64,000 nt of DNA from the human T2T-CHM13v2.0 reference genome, Homo sapiens: NCBI RefSeq assembly GCF_009914755.1, contig NC_060926.1; one strand, 5' to 3'. This document shows positions 28,908 to 42,957 of the stretch, one piece after another. Numbering within the stretch: position 1 is the stretch's first letter; every line of letters starts with the position of its first letter. The translations under genes and the position numbers were made by a program. The notes beneath the pieces were generated by a model. That model was not told where the DNA came from and searched no databases. It saw only the letters and a program-made list of their open reading frames with translations.

Positions 28908-30772
28908 CACAGTTAAATACTTAAGGGTGAACATCAAATGGTACTTGAGTACATCTTTATCCTTACAGCTCATGATTCTCAATAATCTTTAGTTCTTCCA
29001 AACCAATCACTAATCATTTCATCAAGCCTAACTCTGAAACTTTCTTCCTTCGAAAAGTATTTTTAGATCAACTCTATCCCACTATTTAATCCTTTACTTT
29101 CATTTCTAATGGACATTCAAGTTACTTAGTTGTTATACAGATATTTAACTTAATAGAATAAGCAAACCATTAGCATTAGTGGCTTATAAATACTTCCCAT
29201 GTCTCTATTTGTAAATCTAATCATTATAATAATATTATGTATGAATTTCATTTCTTTAAAGGAAGACCACTTATGCCTGTTTAGTAACTGTCATTTAGTT
29301 ATCACCTGGGAAAAACAGAAAAACATTGAACAACCTAGAGAACGGTCAAATATAGAAACAAATTATCACCACTAATTTCCAAAGTAAAGACATTTATTGT
29401 ATGCACACATATTTAATCCTTATTAAACAGTCAAACTTAAGGAACTGACTATAAGCTGTTAATAAGTAACAGACTATAAGTTGTGAATAATATGTAAGGA
29501 TAGTTTCAATGTACAAGGAGAGCCAGTCACAGTAAATCCTTTCATTCTGAACAGCATTCCTTGCCCACCAATTTAGTCATTAGAACATGACTATTTTTTT
29601 GGAGAAAAAAATATAAATATTTTTAAATATAAACAAACATAAAATATTTACAAAAAATCTATATTTTTGTGAAACATAAATATTTCACAAAATATTGTGA
29701 AAAGTTAATACAATAAATATTTTTTATATTGCAAAGTGGAAATGATGAATACATTGCTCAATTTAAGTAGGAAAATGTCAATTGTACAATTTGCTTTTCT
29801 GGTTTTTCAATGCTTTCATGCCTGCTTTTAACCAAAGGAGAGAATACAAATAATTGGTCTAGTTCCTCAGGGGATGGCAGCATTCAATCACAGAGCAAAG
29901 GTAAATAAAAGGAAATTATTTTCAGAGACTCTAACATCCATCTATTCATCCAGTATATTATTCTATCTTGTGTCTTTGCATCAAGGTGAATCATCAGAAA
30001 GCTATCTACTGTGACCACATCAGCTTAGCTCTTCAAAAGTGAGTTCCATTGATTTATCGTACCTTAATGTCACACCAAATGAATTTTTTTAAAACAATTT
30101 AATTCAGGAAAAAACTGGATCATACTGGCCTTCAGAGTTTCATATACTTTATAACTGTGAAACACTTTTCACACAACTACATTGAGCCTCAATCAGCACT
30201 GCAATCTACTGGCATTTTGCTGTTTTTATTCCTTCAACTTTTCTTTATTCTTTTTATTATGTCTTCATTTGTGAGGTCTCAAATTATTTTAAGAAAGGAA
30301 TAATATAGCTATTTTTCAACAAAGATAATAGTCTTACTAATAAATACTTCAGGACTTTCCAAAGTACTGCCAATTTCTCACTTTCAGTTTCTCACATACT
30401 TAAAAAATTAAAAAGTATGTGTGAACAGAACATGAAACAAAATGAAACATTTTATTAAATAGCATTTTTAAAATTCCCATTACATGCAAATTATTTAATC
30501 ATCCTTGATCACAGCGAGCAGCAATGAAAGGCAATAATCAAGTACCTCATACTTAATTCTATGCTTACATATACACAGACTGGAAATCTACATATATCTA
30601 AACTGCAACTGGACATTCAAAAGACAATCCCATGAAACTCCTGCCTAATTCTGTAAATTGGTTCTCTTTGTTAACTAATTATATACTTTCAAAGCTATAT
30701 TGTGTTTTAAACCAGAAGTCACAATAACAAAATCTATTTTAACATTTTTATCAATAGAGAAATAATTATTAC

Positions 30773-31082
<310 letters not shown>

Positions 31083-31099
31083 GAGAGTAATTATTTTTC

Positions 31100-32330
31100 A
31101 ATAATGTATCATCTAGGAAAGTTATTATGATTCCACATTACCTAATACAGTCCATACTCAAATTTATCCAATTGTACTCAAAATTTATAGCTTTACAATA
31201 TATATATAAGTTGAGGACCCGATCAAGGTCCTTGAATCTGATGGCCATGTCTCTTTAGTCTCCTTTAATTTTATATCATCCCACCACTGTTTTTTTTTTA
31301 TGATAATGACATTATTTATAAACCCAGGGCAGATGTCTTATGGAAGGTACACATTCTGAATTTGTCTGATTCGTACTTTATAACTAGATTTAAGTTAAAC
31401 AGTTTTGGCAAAAATATTATACAGGTGATACCGTGTGTTTCACTGTATCACTTCAGGAGACACATGACAGTTTGTCCCATTACAGGTAATGCTAAGTTTG
31501 ACCACCAGATCTCTCCACTTTAAAGGCATATTTTTCTCTATGCAATTAACAAATAATTGGTGGTGTCATACCTTGAGACCATGTAAATATCCTGTTCACC
31601 TACAGCCTTTCTTCCAATGGTTTTAACATCCAATGACTGATGATCCTTGCCTGGAGTCAATCATTAGTGCAAATTAGTGATTTTGTAATTTTATATTTTT
31701 TCTACATTTTAAGTGTCATTTCTTCTGTAAAGAACAACTGTATATTTCCCCATTTTTTCTCTTTGTAACAAAGTGAGTTTTTTTTAATTTTAAAGTATAA
31801 TTACGGACTTACAAATTCTCTCTCACATAATGTGTTATAATCCATACCTACCATTATTCTTTTAGATGTTCAAATTGTTTCAAGTTTTGATGGTAGGAAA
31901 CTTTCAAATAGGCTCCTGTGCCTTTTTGACATGTTTCCATCAGTTTTTGAGCACGTTCTTGCTTTCCAACACAATATGTTCCAGGACTTCTTTGCCCCAC
32001 ATTAAGAAATCAGGAACTTCTCTAAAAAACATTGCCTCCTTTTGGTGGGAAACCATATTTGGAACCCAAAATCTAGTCCCTGGAAATATTCATTCTTACT
32101 GGGGCTTCTAGGCCCTTTCCTTGGACTGAGATAGAAAAAAAATTTTTTTAATCTATAAGTTAATATTAATGCCACCAATTCAAAACTAATACCACAGTAT
32201 ACTTTCTAATTGTGTCCCATTCTCCTAATTCATTAATATCTCCTAAGAACCCTGGTTCCCCCTAATCCAGTAAAATTATTTCTTTGCTCTATCCTATATT
32301 ACAAACAAAATAATTTCAAGATTACTACAC
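31100..32330 (-). mobile_element. Old L1MC/L1ME 3' region, resuming at about 32585-32650
   Basis: atgtctctttagtctcctttaat, cacattctgaatttgtctgatt, ttttggcaaaaatatta. Confidence 0.65.
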
Positions 32331-32339
32331 ATGTAGTTA

Positions 32340-32582
32340 AGACTTCTCTAAGTCTGTTTTTATATAGTTGTGACTTTTGAACTTTGTAAATGTTCACATG
32401 TTGAACGTTTGATCATCTACTCCTTATGATAATTGTTTTACTGGTCTCTGGTTTAATCCTTCTGTGCTTCTCTTTTGCAAAAATAAACTATTTTTTTTTC
32501 TTTTTTATGGAGAACAGGATCTCACCATGTTGCCAGGCAGGTCTTGAACCTCTGGGCTCAAGCTGTCTTTTCACCTCTGCCT
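32340..32582. repeat. Local templated duplication: inverted copy of 34321-34390 joined to a direct copy of about 34478-34669
   Basis: agttgtgacttttgaac is the reverse complement of gttcaaaagtcacaact; gtctctggtttaatcctt...tctcttttgcaaaaataaactat is shared in direct orientation. Confidence 0.85.
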
Positions 32583-32652
32583 TTTGCAATTTTTGTCCTT
32601 AGAATATTTCTGAGTTTGTACAGTCAGAATAATATGTTTAAAAGTTACTTAA

Positions 32653-33508
32653 GCCAAGAAGTATATGAAAAAACGCTCAGTATCACTAAAGATCAGGGAA
32701 ATGCAAATCAAAACCACTGTTAGTATGTCACCCCAGTTAGTACAGCTACTATCAAAAAGACAAAACAAATGCTGGCAAAGATGCAGAGAAAAGGGAATTC
32801 ATACACTGATGGTGGGAATGCAAATTAATACAGCCATTATGGAAAATGGTATGGAGGTTCCACTAAAAAACTAAAAATAGAACTACTGTATAATCCACCA
32901 ATCTCATTACTGGGGTTATATCCAAAGAAAAGGAAATCAGTATGTCAAAGAGGTGTCTGTGTTCTCATGTTAATTACAGCATTTTTCACAATAGCCAAAA
33001 TATGGAATCAACCTAAGTGTCCATCAACAGACAAATGGATAAAGAAAATGTGGTTTATTTACACAATGGAATACCATTCAGCCATTAAAAAGAATGAAAT
33101 CCTGTCATTTTGCAGCAACATGGATGAACCTGGAAGACATTATGTTAAATGAAATAAGAAAGGCACAAAAGATGAATACTGCACATTCTCATTCATATGT
33201 GGGAGCTAAATAAATTGATCTCACAGAAGATGAGCAAGACAGTGGTATCTAGAGGCTGGGAGGGGTAGAGGAAAAAAAGGATAGGGAGAGGTTGGTTAAT
33301 AGATATAAAATTATCCTAGATAAGAGTTACAAATAATTTATATTTTCAATTAGCTAGAAGAGAGAATTGTGAATGTCTCAACACAAAGATTTGAGGTAAT
33401 GGATATGCTAATTACCCTCAATCATTACAGTGTATACATGTATCAAAATATCACTCTGTACTACACAAATATGCACAATTATTATGTGTCAATTTAAAAT
33501 ATTTTTTA
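32653..33508 (+). mobile_element. L1MA-type 3' end (ORF2 C-terminus and 3'UTR)
   Basis: ORFs IREMQIKTT and TIAKIWNQPKCPSTDKWIKKMW; TSD aaaagttacttaa / aaaagcaacttaa. Confidence 0.9.
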
Positions 33509-33523
33509 AAAAGCAACTTAAAA

Positions 33524-33848
33524 GGCCAGGTGCCCTGGCTCACAACTGTAATCCCAACACTTTAGGAGGCCACGGTGGGTGGATCCCTTGAGCTTAGGCG
33601 TTTGAGACCAGCTTGGGCAACATGGCGAAACCCCATCTCTACAAAAAAGTACAAAAATTAGCCAGACATGGTGGCACATGCCTGTAGTCCCAGCTACTTG
33701 GGAGGCAGAGGTAGGAGTATCACTTGAGCTCAGGAGGTTGAGGCTGCAGTGAGCCAGATCACACCACTGGACTCTAGCCTGGGAGATAAAGCAAGACTCT
33801 ATCTAAAAAAAAAAATAAAAAGTTAAGTAAATAAGTAAATAAATAAAT
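33524..33848 (+). mobile_element. AluJb-like
   Basis: Dimeric Alu with (TAAA)n tail. Confidence 0.88.
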
Positions 33849-33878
33849 AAAAGCTATTTAAGTTATCTTTTTTGGTGA

Positions 33879-34280
<402 letters not shown>

Positions 34281-34582
34281 GGGTTTGCTTTTTAAAAATC
34301 ATTTTTCTTTACCTTTTTTGTTTCAATACGTGACCATTTACATGGTTCAAAAGTCACAACTCAGACTAAAAATCAGACTCAGAAAAATCTCACTCCCATC
34401 TCTATTTCCTCCACAGTGCTCTTCATCCACTCCTTATCATATTATTATGATAATAATTATGTAAATAAGGTGCTCTTCATCCACTCCTTATCATAATTAT
34501 TATCATAATTATTTTACCAGTCTCTGGTTTAATCCTTTCTGTGTTTCTCTTTTGCAAAAATAAACTATATCTACAAATATAC

Positions 34583-34712
34583 TTTTCCTTTTTGTGGAGA
34601 ACAAGGTCTCACTATGTTGCCCAGGCTGGTCTTGAACTCCTGGATCAAGCTGTCTTCTCACCTGTGCCTAGCTAAGTGTTGAGATTACTGGCATGAGCTG
34701 CTTTGCCTGACC
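34583..34712 (-). pseudogene. BC200 (BCYRN1)-like monomeric Alu retrocopy
   Basis: Minus strand ...gacagcttga...gagaccttgttctccacaaaaaggaaaa carries the BC200-type GTTCTCCAnAAAAAGGAAAA junction; possible TSD aaactatat/agactatat. Confidence 0.65.
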
Positions 34713-34739
34713 AGACTATATATTTTTTATTTTCTATTC

Positions 34740-35270
34740 TTTCATATGAAAGAGGGACCATACTTACTATATCTATATACATTTTATATCTGGAAATCTT
34801 TCCGTATCAGTACATAGAAATCTTCCTTATTTTAGTATTCTATTCTATTCAATCAGTCTCCTCTGGACAGACATTTAGGTTTTTTTCTGCTATTACTAAC
34901 AATCCTACAATAAAAAACTTTGAGCATATGTTATTCTATATTTGTGCAGGTGGTTCATCAGGATAAATTCCTAGAATTTGGACTGGTAAGTCAAAGGCAG
35001 GTGAAGGTATAATTTGGTAGATACTACAAAATTCTCATAAAGTTATAGTATGTCACATTCCAATCTGCAATGTAAGTGCCTGTTTCCTCACAGGCTTGCC
35101 AAGTAAGTATATTCTGAGCTTTTAACTTTTGCCAATCTGCAAAGTAAAAATGATCTCTCTGTATTTTAATTGGCATTTCTCTTATTATCAATGAAATTTG
35201 AACATCTTTACATATATTGTCATACATCATATCTTTTTTTGGTGAACTATCCACATCTTTTGTTCATTTT
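34740..35270 (-). mobile_element. Old L1ME fragment
   Basis: ggataaattcctagaa, ttttgccaatctg, ttttaattggcatttctcttatt. Confidence 0.7.
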
Positions 35271-35517
35271 TAAAATCATAAGCTAAATACTTATTTCAAT
35301 GTAAAAAAGAATTCAATAATCCTACAATGATGGCTCCAAACTTTGTTCTAAAAAAAGAATATTAAACAATGAAAACACAATGTATGAATTAACTGAAAAG
35401 AATACGAACAACCCTTAAAACTATATGGTCATATTCTATACTGTGTTCCAAACAGTCCACTAAAAAGTGGAAGTTAAATCAAATGAGAAGGATATTAAGA
35501 AAAATGTATTCAAGTTA

Positions 35518-35757
<240 letters not shown>

Positions 35758-36665
35758 TTAGAAATAAAAACCTGGCTGCTTTTTATGTTCACAAGAAAAC
35801 TGGTATAACCTTATTTACTAAATTGTGTTATGAACAAAACAAAAAAAGTAAACAAAACTACATATAGTGAAAGCCCAGGAGCAATTCAAACAGAAAAATC
35901 ATAATCCAAACAAGTGTCTTTTTACCTTATAACAAGTCAGTGCTGGATATTTGGCTCTGTTCTCCATAATCTGGTCATTTATTTTCCCCAGTTCTTTGTG
36001 GGGATATTAAAGGATGTCTATGATATAAACCAATAATGGTTATATATACATATATTTAAAGCATGTTATTAAGTGTCAACCTTGAAACTAAAATCAAGAT
36101 TTATAGGCTAAATGTAACGAACACACTATTTATATTGCAAACATCTATCTTCAAAGATAATTTTCCTCTTCCCCTAAAAACAAAAGGTCTGAGCCAAAGT
36201 TACCACTGCTTATTCAACTAGGGCAAATATAGCAAAAGAAAGAATTCAGATATTCAAATAACTTGCCAAAAGAGGGAATCATTTTTAGGGCATCTGAAAA
36301 TGCATCAGTGAAAATTATACTGATACCATGACTTCCTTCTAGCCTCACTTCAGGCTTTTTTATTTAAAATGAAAAAAGAATGAATAGGATGTGTGGCTAT
36401 ATATGTCTAAGTTTATCTCTTAGAGATTTTTTTTTCTATTTCTACATATATAATCACATATAATTTAATACTCTAAATACTTAAGATATTTTGTCAACAT
36501 AACATCAAACTACCCAGTAATCTGGGACTGTCAGATAACGGATGACTCAGATTTCAAATGGATATGATTACACGGACTCTACTTCTGACCACATTCATTC
36601 ATATACATCATAGGGACATATATAGAATAAATACAATTAGACTATACACACATACATAATTAGCC

Positions 36666-36700
<35 letters not shown>

Positions 36701-36764
36701 ATGTGTGTGTATATATATACTATCTCTCTCTACACACACACACAGTGAACACACACACATACAC
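36666..36764. repeat. Compound (TG)n(TA)n...(CA)n microsatellite
   Basis: Seen directly. Confidence 0.9.
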
Positions 36765-36789
36765 GTAACTGTGAGTACTTCTATGCAAA

Positions 36790-37025
36790 GGGGATACAGC
36801 ACTGGGGTTAAGAATTTGAACTCTTGAACCAAACCATCTGGAGTCTGAACACTGGGGCTCTGTCACTAGCACTGCATTCTATGCCTTCATTTTCCTTATT
36901 TGCAAAATGGGATTAATAATAGTTTGTACTTCACAGATTACTTAAGGATATAAATAATTTATGTGAAAGATGTAAAATAGTCCCTAGCACACAGTAAATG
37001 CTCAATGAAGACTACTTATTATTAT
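36790..37025 (+). mobile_element. MIR
   Basis: ggttaagaatttgaactct...ttttccttatttgcaaaatgggattaataatag...gcacacagtaaatgctcaat. Confidence 0.75.
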
Positions 37026-37537
37026 ACATAGGTGATTGATATTAATACATAAAATTCTTTATAATAATACTTGATTACTAGGATGCATCTTGAGTTCATC
37101 ACTAAAACATAGTATCAGGGCAATGCTATAATTTAAAAGGAACTGAGAAAATACAGCTTTATTGTTTAAAAATCAAACACAAAGCCACTTCATCAGGAAT
37201 GTTTAAATTCTACTGGTAGAAATGTATTCCTTTACCTTTTTCTCCTGATGGCAAAAATCCCTAAGAGAGGTAATACATTGAAACAGTTTTAGATACCCAT
37301 ATTTCATTGTGAGAGTTAATAAGAAATATTCCTGTGAATATAGTTTTATATATTGTTACAGAGATGACAAAAAGGGAGTTAATTCTGAGGTAGAAAAGGG
37401 AAGAAAAAGCACTAAAGTCAAATTTGTCTGGCCCTGATAATGAAAAGTACATGTGTATCACCCCATGATATGTGTAAATCTCCATCCTCCTTAAAAATGG
37501 CCAAACCATGATTTGTAAGAAAGAAGGATTCTTCAAG

Positions 37538-37680
37538 GGCCAGGCACAGTGGCTCACACTTGTAATCCCAGCACTTTGGGAGGCCAAGGTGGGAGGATCA
37601 TTTGAGCTCAAGAGACCAGCCTGGCAACATAGCGAGACCCTGTCTCTAAAAAATGTAAAAAAAAAAAAAAAAAAAAAAAA
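37538..37680 (+). mobile_element. Free left Alu monomer (FLAM_C-like) with long A tail
   Basis: Monomer only; TSD attcttcaag at 37528-37537 and 37681-37690. Confidence 0.85.
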
Positions 37681-38229
37681 ATTCTTCAAGTCCATTCCTC
37701 CATATTGGTACCTATAAGGTAAAAATTTAGTTCACGTTTCTACTTTGATCAGTAATTCTCAAAATATTGGTATTTTCCTTTGTCAAGAAAATGCTCTGGA
37801 AAGTGCTGCCATCTATGAAAACCCAATTCTGAGAACTGAATGATAGTCAAGAAGAACATTAAAAGTTAATACAGAAAGTAAAATGTCGATTTTGACTCAA
37901 AGCACAAATACTGTAGTATCTGGTTATCAGCAGTAAGCATTTGCCTGTTCAGTAAGCATACATTAAGATGAGCCACTATGAAAAAAAGGGAGACAATATT
38001 GTCATATGAGAATTGATGTGGGTTTCAAATTTGCTTTCATCAGAGTTTCAAAGGGTATATAGTATTTTCTTAACATTAAGTCACATAAGGTTATTTACTT
38101 TTCAATTTCTTTCAAATCCTTCTAATCGTCTCAAAGGATAAAGCTCTGTTTCATAACGAGGAACTTTTAGACAAATGCCTCCTGATTGGCTACCAGTGGT
38201 TACTAACAGTTAATCTATCTTTAAGACTC

Positions 38230-38538
38230 TTTTTTTTTTTAATTTTTTTTTTTTTTTGAGACAGTGTCTCACTTGGTCACCCAGGCTGGAGTGCAGTGGC
38301 ACACACATGACTCACTGCAGCCTCAACCTCCCGAGTTCAAGCAAGCCTTATGCCGCAGAACCCAAGTAGCTGGGACTACAGGCACACACCACCACGTCAA
38401 GCTAATTTTTGTATTTTTTATAGAGACCGGGTTTCACCATCTTGCCCAGGCTGGTCTCAAACTCCTGAGCTCAAGTGATACTCCCACCTTGGCTTCTTAA
38501 AATGCTGGGATTACAGGTGTGAGCCACTGTGCCTAGTC
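38230..38538 (-). mobile_element. AluJ
   Basis: Diverged dimeric Alu with T-run. Confidence 0.88.
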
Positions 38539-40075
38539 AAGTCTTGGATATTTTATAACAAATATAACAAATTTGGATTCAAAAAACACCTATCAAAAAG
38601 ATCATTAAAAAGTTATACAAAGTAATGAGGTCTAATTCAGGTCCTTCTCTCTCAGTTTGGAATTTCTGATAATTTGAATTGGAACTCAGCTGAATTTAAA
38701 TAAGCACAATCATTAAATGATTCACCAAAAATTAATAGCTAAATTCAAGATGAGGGAATATATGATTAAAGTACTTAATATTTTCAGTCACCTTAGAAGT
38801 GTCAATGAGTATATACTTATTAATGAAATTCTCAATCCCTACAGACAATAAATTGTTCATCAAGTCCAAAGATCACAAATTGGTATCTTGAAGTCAAAAT
38901 TGGTCCACATGTGTTTTGTTTGCTGTCTTTTACATTTGAGTAGGTTTTTAACATTAAAAAATTAAGAAACTTAAGGACAACAAAAGCAAAAGAGAATTCC
39001 AGCCTCTTTTGAAAACTCAGATCTGGCAATAATGAACCCAGAGTCTAACATGACAATAAAAGGAGCTAATTTTGAGCTACTCTCTACAGACAAGGTCTCC
39101 ACGGTCAACTTACTCATAGTCCTAATCTGGCTTGCTTGCCTCATTTATTACATGTAAGGTTCCTGGTTTAATTCACACAATAAGTACTGAAAAGCGACAA
39201 AACCGTATTTGTTTAAAAAGAGTCCACAACTTAGACTTCTTGCTAATTTTACTTCCCTATTGGTTTATATTTGTAAGACTTCAGAGTTACATTTTTACAA
39301 GATCAATGGAACTAACAGTAGGAAGTACAAGATAGGCATGGGTAAAATAAGTTTCTTCTAGAATCAAATTGTGAAATGCTGTTCAGATTCCACCATGCCA
39401 AAGATAGAAAAACAAAACACACTAACATGTAGCAACTTTTGACATTAAATTAAATCATCTTGTTTACTTTTATAGATCTATTACAGAAGTGAACAATTAG
39501 AACTCCTTGAATAGCTTTCAATGGGTGTGCCACCTTACATGAATTGACATACCTAATTATTTTTAAAATTTCAGCCCATTTCTATTTTATTACCATTTTA
39601 AGAATTTTTAATAACTAAATTTAAGTCACATCACAGAGATGCTGAAGCATTACAGTTTGTCGGTCCCAAAGACTATTAGTAGAAAATATTGTCAATTATC
39701 AATTCTAAACTATATATATATCTGGCCTAAGATTGTCATGGCTCACATATTAAGGATACTGAACAATGCCTACTACCTCAGTTATTTAAAATTCCAGTCT
39801 CTATTGATGAAGTCAGGGTATAACAGGTCGGTCAGTCTTTAAAATTTTTCCTACTAAAATATAAAGATTCCTAAGAGATGAAGTCCTTAAGGTACAATTA
39901 ATAAACATCTTACTGAAGATTATTTAGAGCTGGTTGTAAAAACTGTAAAACTGTCTTGAGTGGTAAAAGATAATATAAACAAAAAGTTCAACTTAATCAC
40001 ATTTTTTTCTAAGATCAGAATTTGACAAACACATTAACCATCTATATGATCATAAAAAGTCATCGTTAGAATGCA

Positions 40076-40420
40076 TTTATTTATTTAACATGAATGAATA
40101 AATGAATGAGACAGGGTCTGGAGTTCAGAGTACTGATCACAACTCACTGCAGCCTCCATACCCCTTGGGCCCAAGTAATCCTCCCACCTCCACCTCCCAA
40201 GTAGCTGGGAAGCAGTTCCTCCCACCTCCACCTCCCAAGTAGCTGGGACCACAGGAGTACAACACCATGCCCAGCTAATGTTTTTATTTCTTATTTTTTG
40301 GTAGAGATGGGATCCGCCTAAATTGGCCAGGCTGGCCTCAAACTCCTGGGCTCAAGTGATCCTCCCACCTCAGTCTCCCCAGACTACTAGGATTACAGGC
40401 CTGAGTCACCAAGCCTGGCT
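40076..40420 (-). mobile_element. AluJ with an internal 32-nt duplication (40179-40210, 40217-40248)
   Basis: tcctcccacctccacctcccaagtagctggga occurs twice. Confidence 0.85.
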
Positions 40421-40734
40421 GCAATTTTTATGTTTCCTCATTTGTTAAAATTTGCACATACTCAAATCTTGGAAGATTAATATCATAATCTTATAAGAAA
40501 ATTTCTAAAAAGGATTTTTCCACTTGCTTTTAACATAGTTTAATTATAAAATTTCCTTGACTCAGAAGTTTTTTTCATGTGACAAATGAAAAAGTCAAAA
40601 GATAAAATATCTATTTTAATAATTTCCTACACATTTCTACTGTTAAAATGATTACGGGGAGTTCAGACATTGAAGTCATTAAGAGAAATGATAAAACTCC
40701 GTAACAGAACTGTAGTCTTATTAAAGAAAGATTC

Positions 40735-41002
40735 AGCTGGGCACAGTGGCTCACACCTATAATCCCAACACTTGGGAGGCCAAGGAGGCAGGATCACTTG
40801 AGGTCGGGAGTTGGAGACCTTCCTGGGCAACACAGTGAGACCTCGTAGTCTACAAAATAAAATTTTTAAAAATCAACCTGTGGTCACAGCTACTCAGGAG
40901 GTTGAAGTGGGAGGATCACTTGAGCCCAGGGGGTCAAGGCTGTAGCGTGCCAAGATTGCGCCACTGCACACCAGCCTGGGCGACAAAGCAATAGCCTATC
41001 TC
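40735..41002 (+). mobile_element. AluJ lacking an A tail
   Basis: Diverged Alu directly abutting an opposite-strand Alu. Confidence 0.85.
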
Positions 41003-41006
41003 TCTC

Positions 41007-41293
<287 letters not shown>

Positions 41294-41465
41294 TAAATGC
41301 CATATTTTAAAACAAATGATAGCTACTGCAAGACATGCGAGATATGTGAAGCTACAAAAAATACCAGTTGCATATACTACATTTACTAATTGATATTTTT
41401 CATGGAGGAAAAGATCACTACAAACTCAATAATAGTCTGAGGCTTCATAAATGTTCTTACATTAA

Positions 41466-41849
<384 letters not shown>

Positions 41850-42918
41850 TAGGCTTCCAGCCAATGAGATTATGAGACAAAATCTTTAGGAGGTAAAGAA
41901 TATTAGTCATTTTTACACATTCGTATAACTATACTCCCAAGGGAAAAAGAAAAAGGCACTAGCAGCGTTGAGGGGAAGCATCTATGGCAATATTTTTAGA
42001 GACTGTTCATATTTTACTTATAATTAGCCCAAAGTGGCAACCTATTAAAAAAAAAATTATCTGTTCTGAGAACATAAGACCAATGAGAATCTGAATTGCT
42101 GTTCCTTCAGTCAGCAAATTTCAGCAACCTACAATCATCAGATTTATAATAAACCTCAGCATTTACAAAGATGTTAATCTATAATTAAAGAACAGGTTTC
42201 TTAGGCTGCTTATTCAACTACAGAAACAACGAACAAGAACTTATAGTGCTTTTCCATAATAATGCATTCATAAATTTTAAAAAACCATTTTGATTATATT
42301 AGCCCTATTTGAACTTTTAAAATCTGAAATATCCTTTACTTGGTGAAATAATATTCTCTAGAAAACAAGGAAAGGAAAATAAAGAACTAAAACCCTAGAT
42401 GTTTAAAAAGAAATATCCTAACGCAGTTTAAAGAGCAGCATGGAATCAAGTATCTCCCTTATGTTTTGGGAAAGTAATTATTTAAAAGTTAGATCACCTT
42501 TTTTTGCCTCTTTTCACTTATTCTTTCTATCAACATAGCCTCCTGAATTATTGTCATTTAAATATTCCTTTCTTCACATAAAGAATCAGGACCTGAAAAT
42601 AATTAGACTGTTTGAATTCTCAGTGTCTCCTTGTATTAGCTTCATTAGCCACTCTGAACAAGTGGTCTCAAGTTTCACTACATGGAATTCATATAAGCTC
42701 AGAGGGATGAAATGCATTCCAGACGGAAAACCATATACTGTACAGACTTTGTGTAAACACTTACTTAACCACAATTATTTCTATGCTACTCCCAAACCTT
42801 GTTTAAATTAATTTTTCAACAATGGGTACAAAATGGAATGAGTATTTCTATCTAATAATCCCATATTTTTATATTACTTATAAAGCACTATAACCCACAC
42901 AATTATTTGTAGACTTAC

Positions 42919-42957
42919 AGTAAGATTTCCAAACAGGAGGTCTATATTCATCTGTAT
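42919..42957 (-). CDS. CHN1: CHN1 exon 2 (39 nt, phase 1-1), (D)TDEYRPPVWKSY(L)
   Basis: Minus strand ttttttctttcag|ATACAGATGAATATAGACCTCCTGTTTGGAAATCTTACT|gtaagt; matches alpha2-chimaerin residues 7-20. Confidence 0.97.

Noticed and set aside
30484-30500. Octamer ATGCAAAT next to TAAT as an enhancer
   Set aside because: A single 8-mer is expected by chance in 64 kb of AT-rich DNA; conservation data would be needed.
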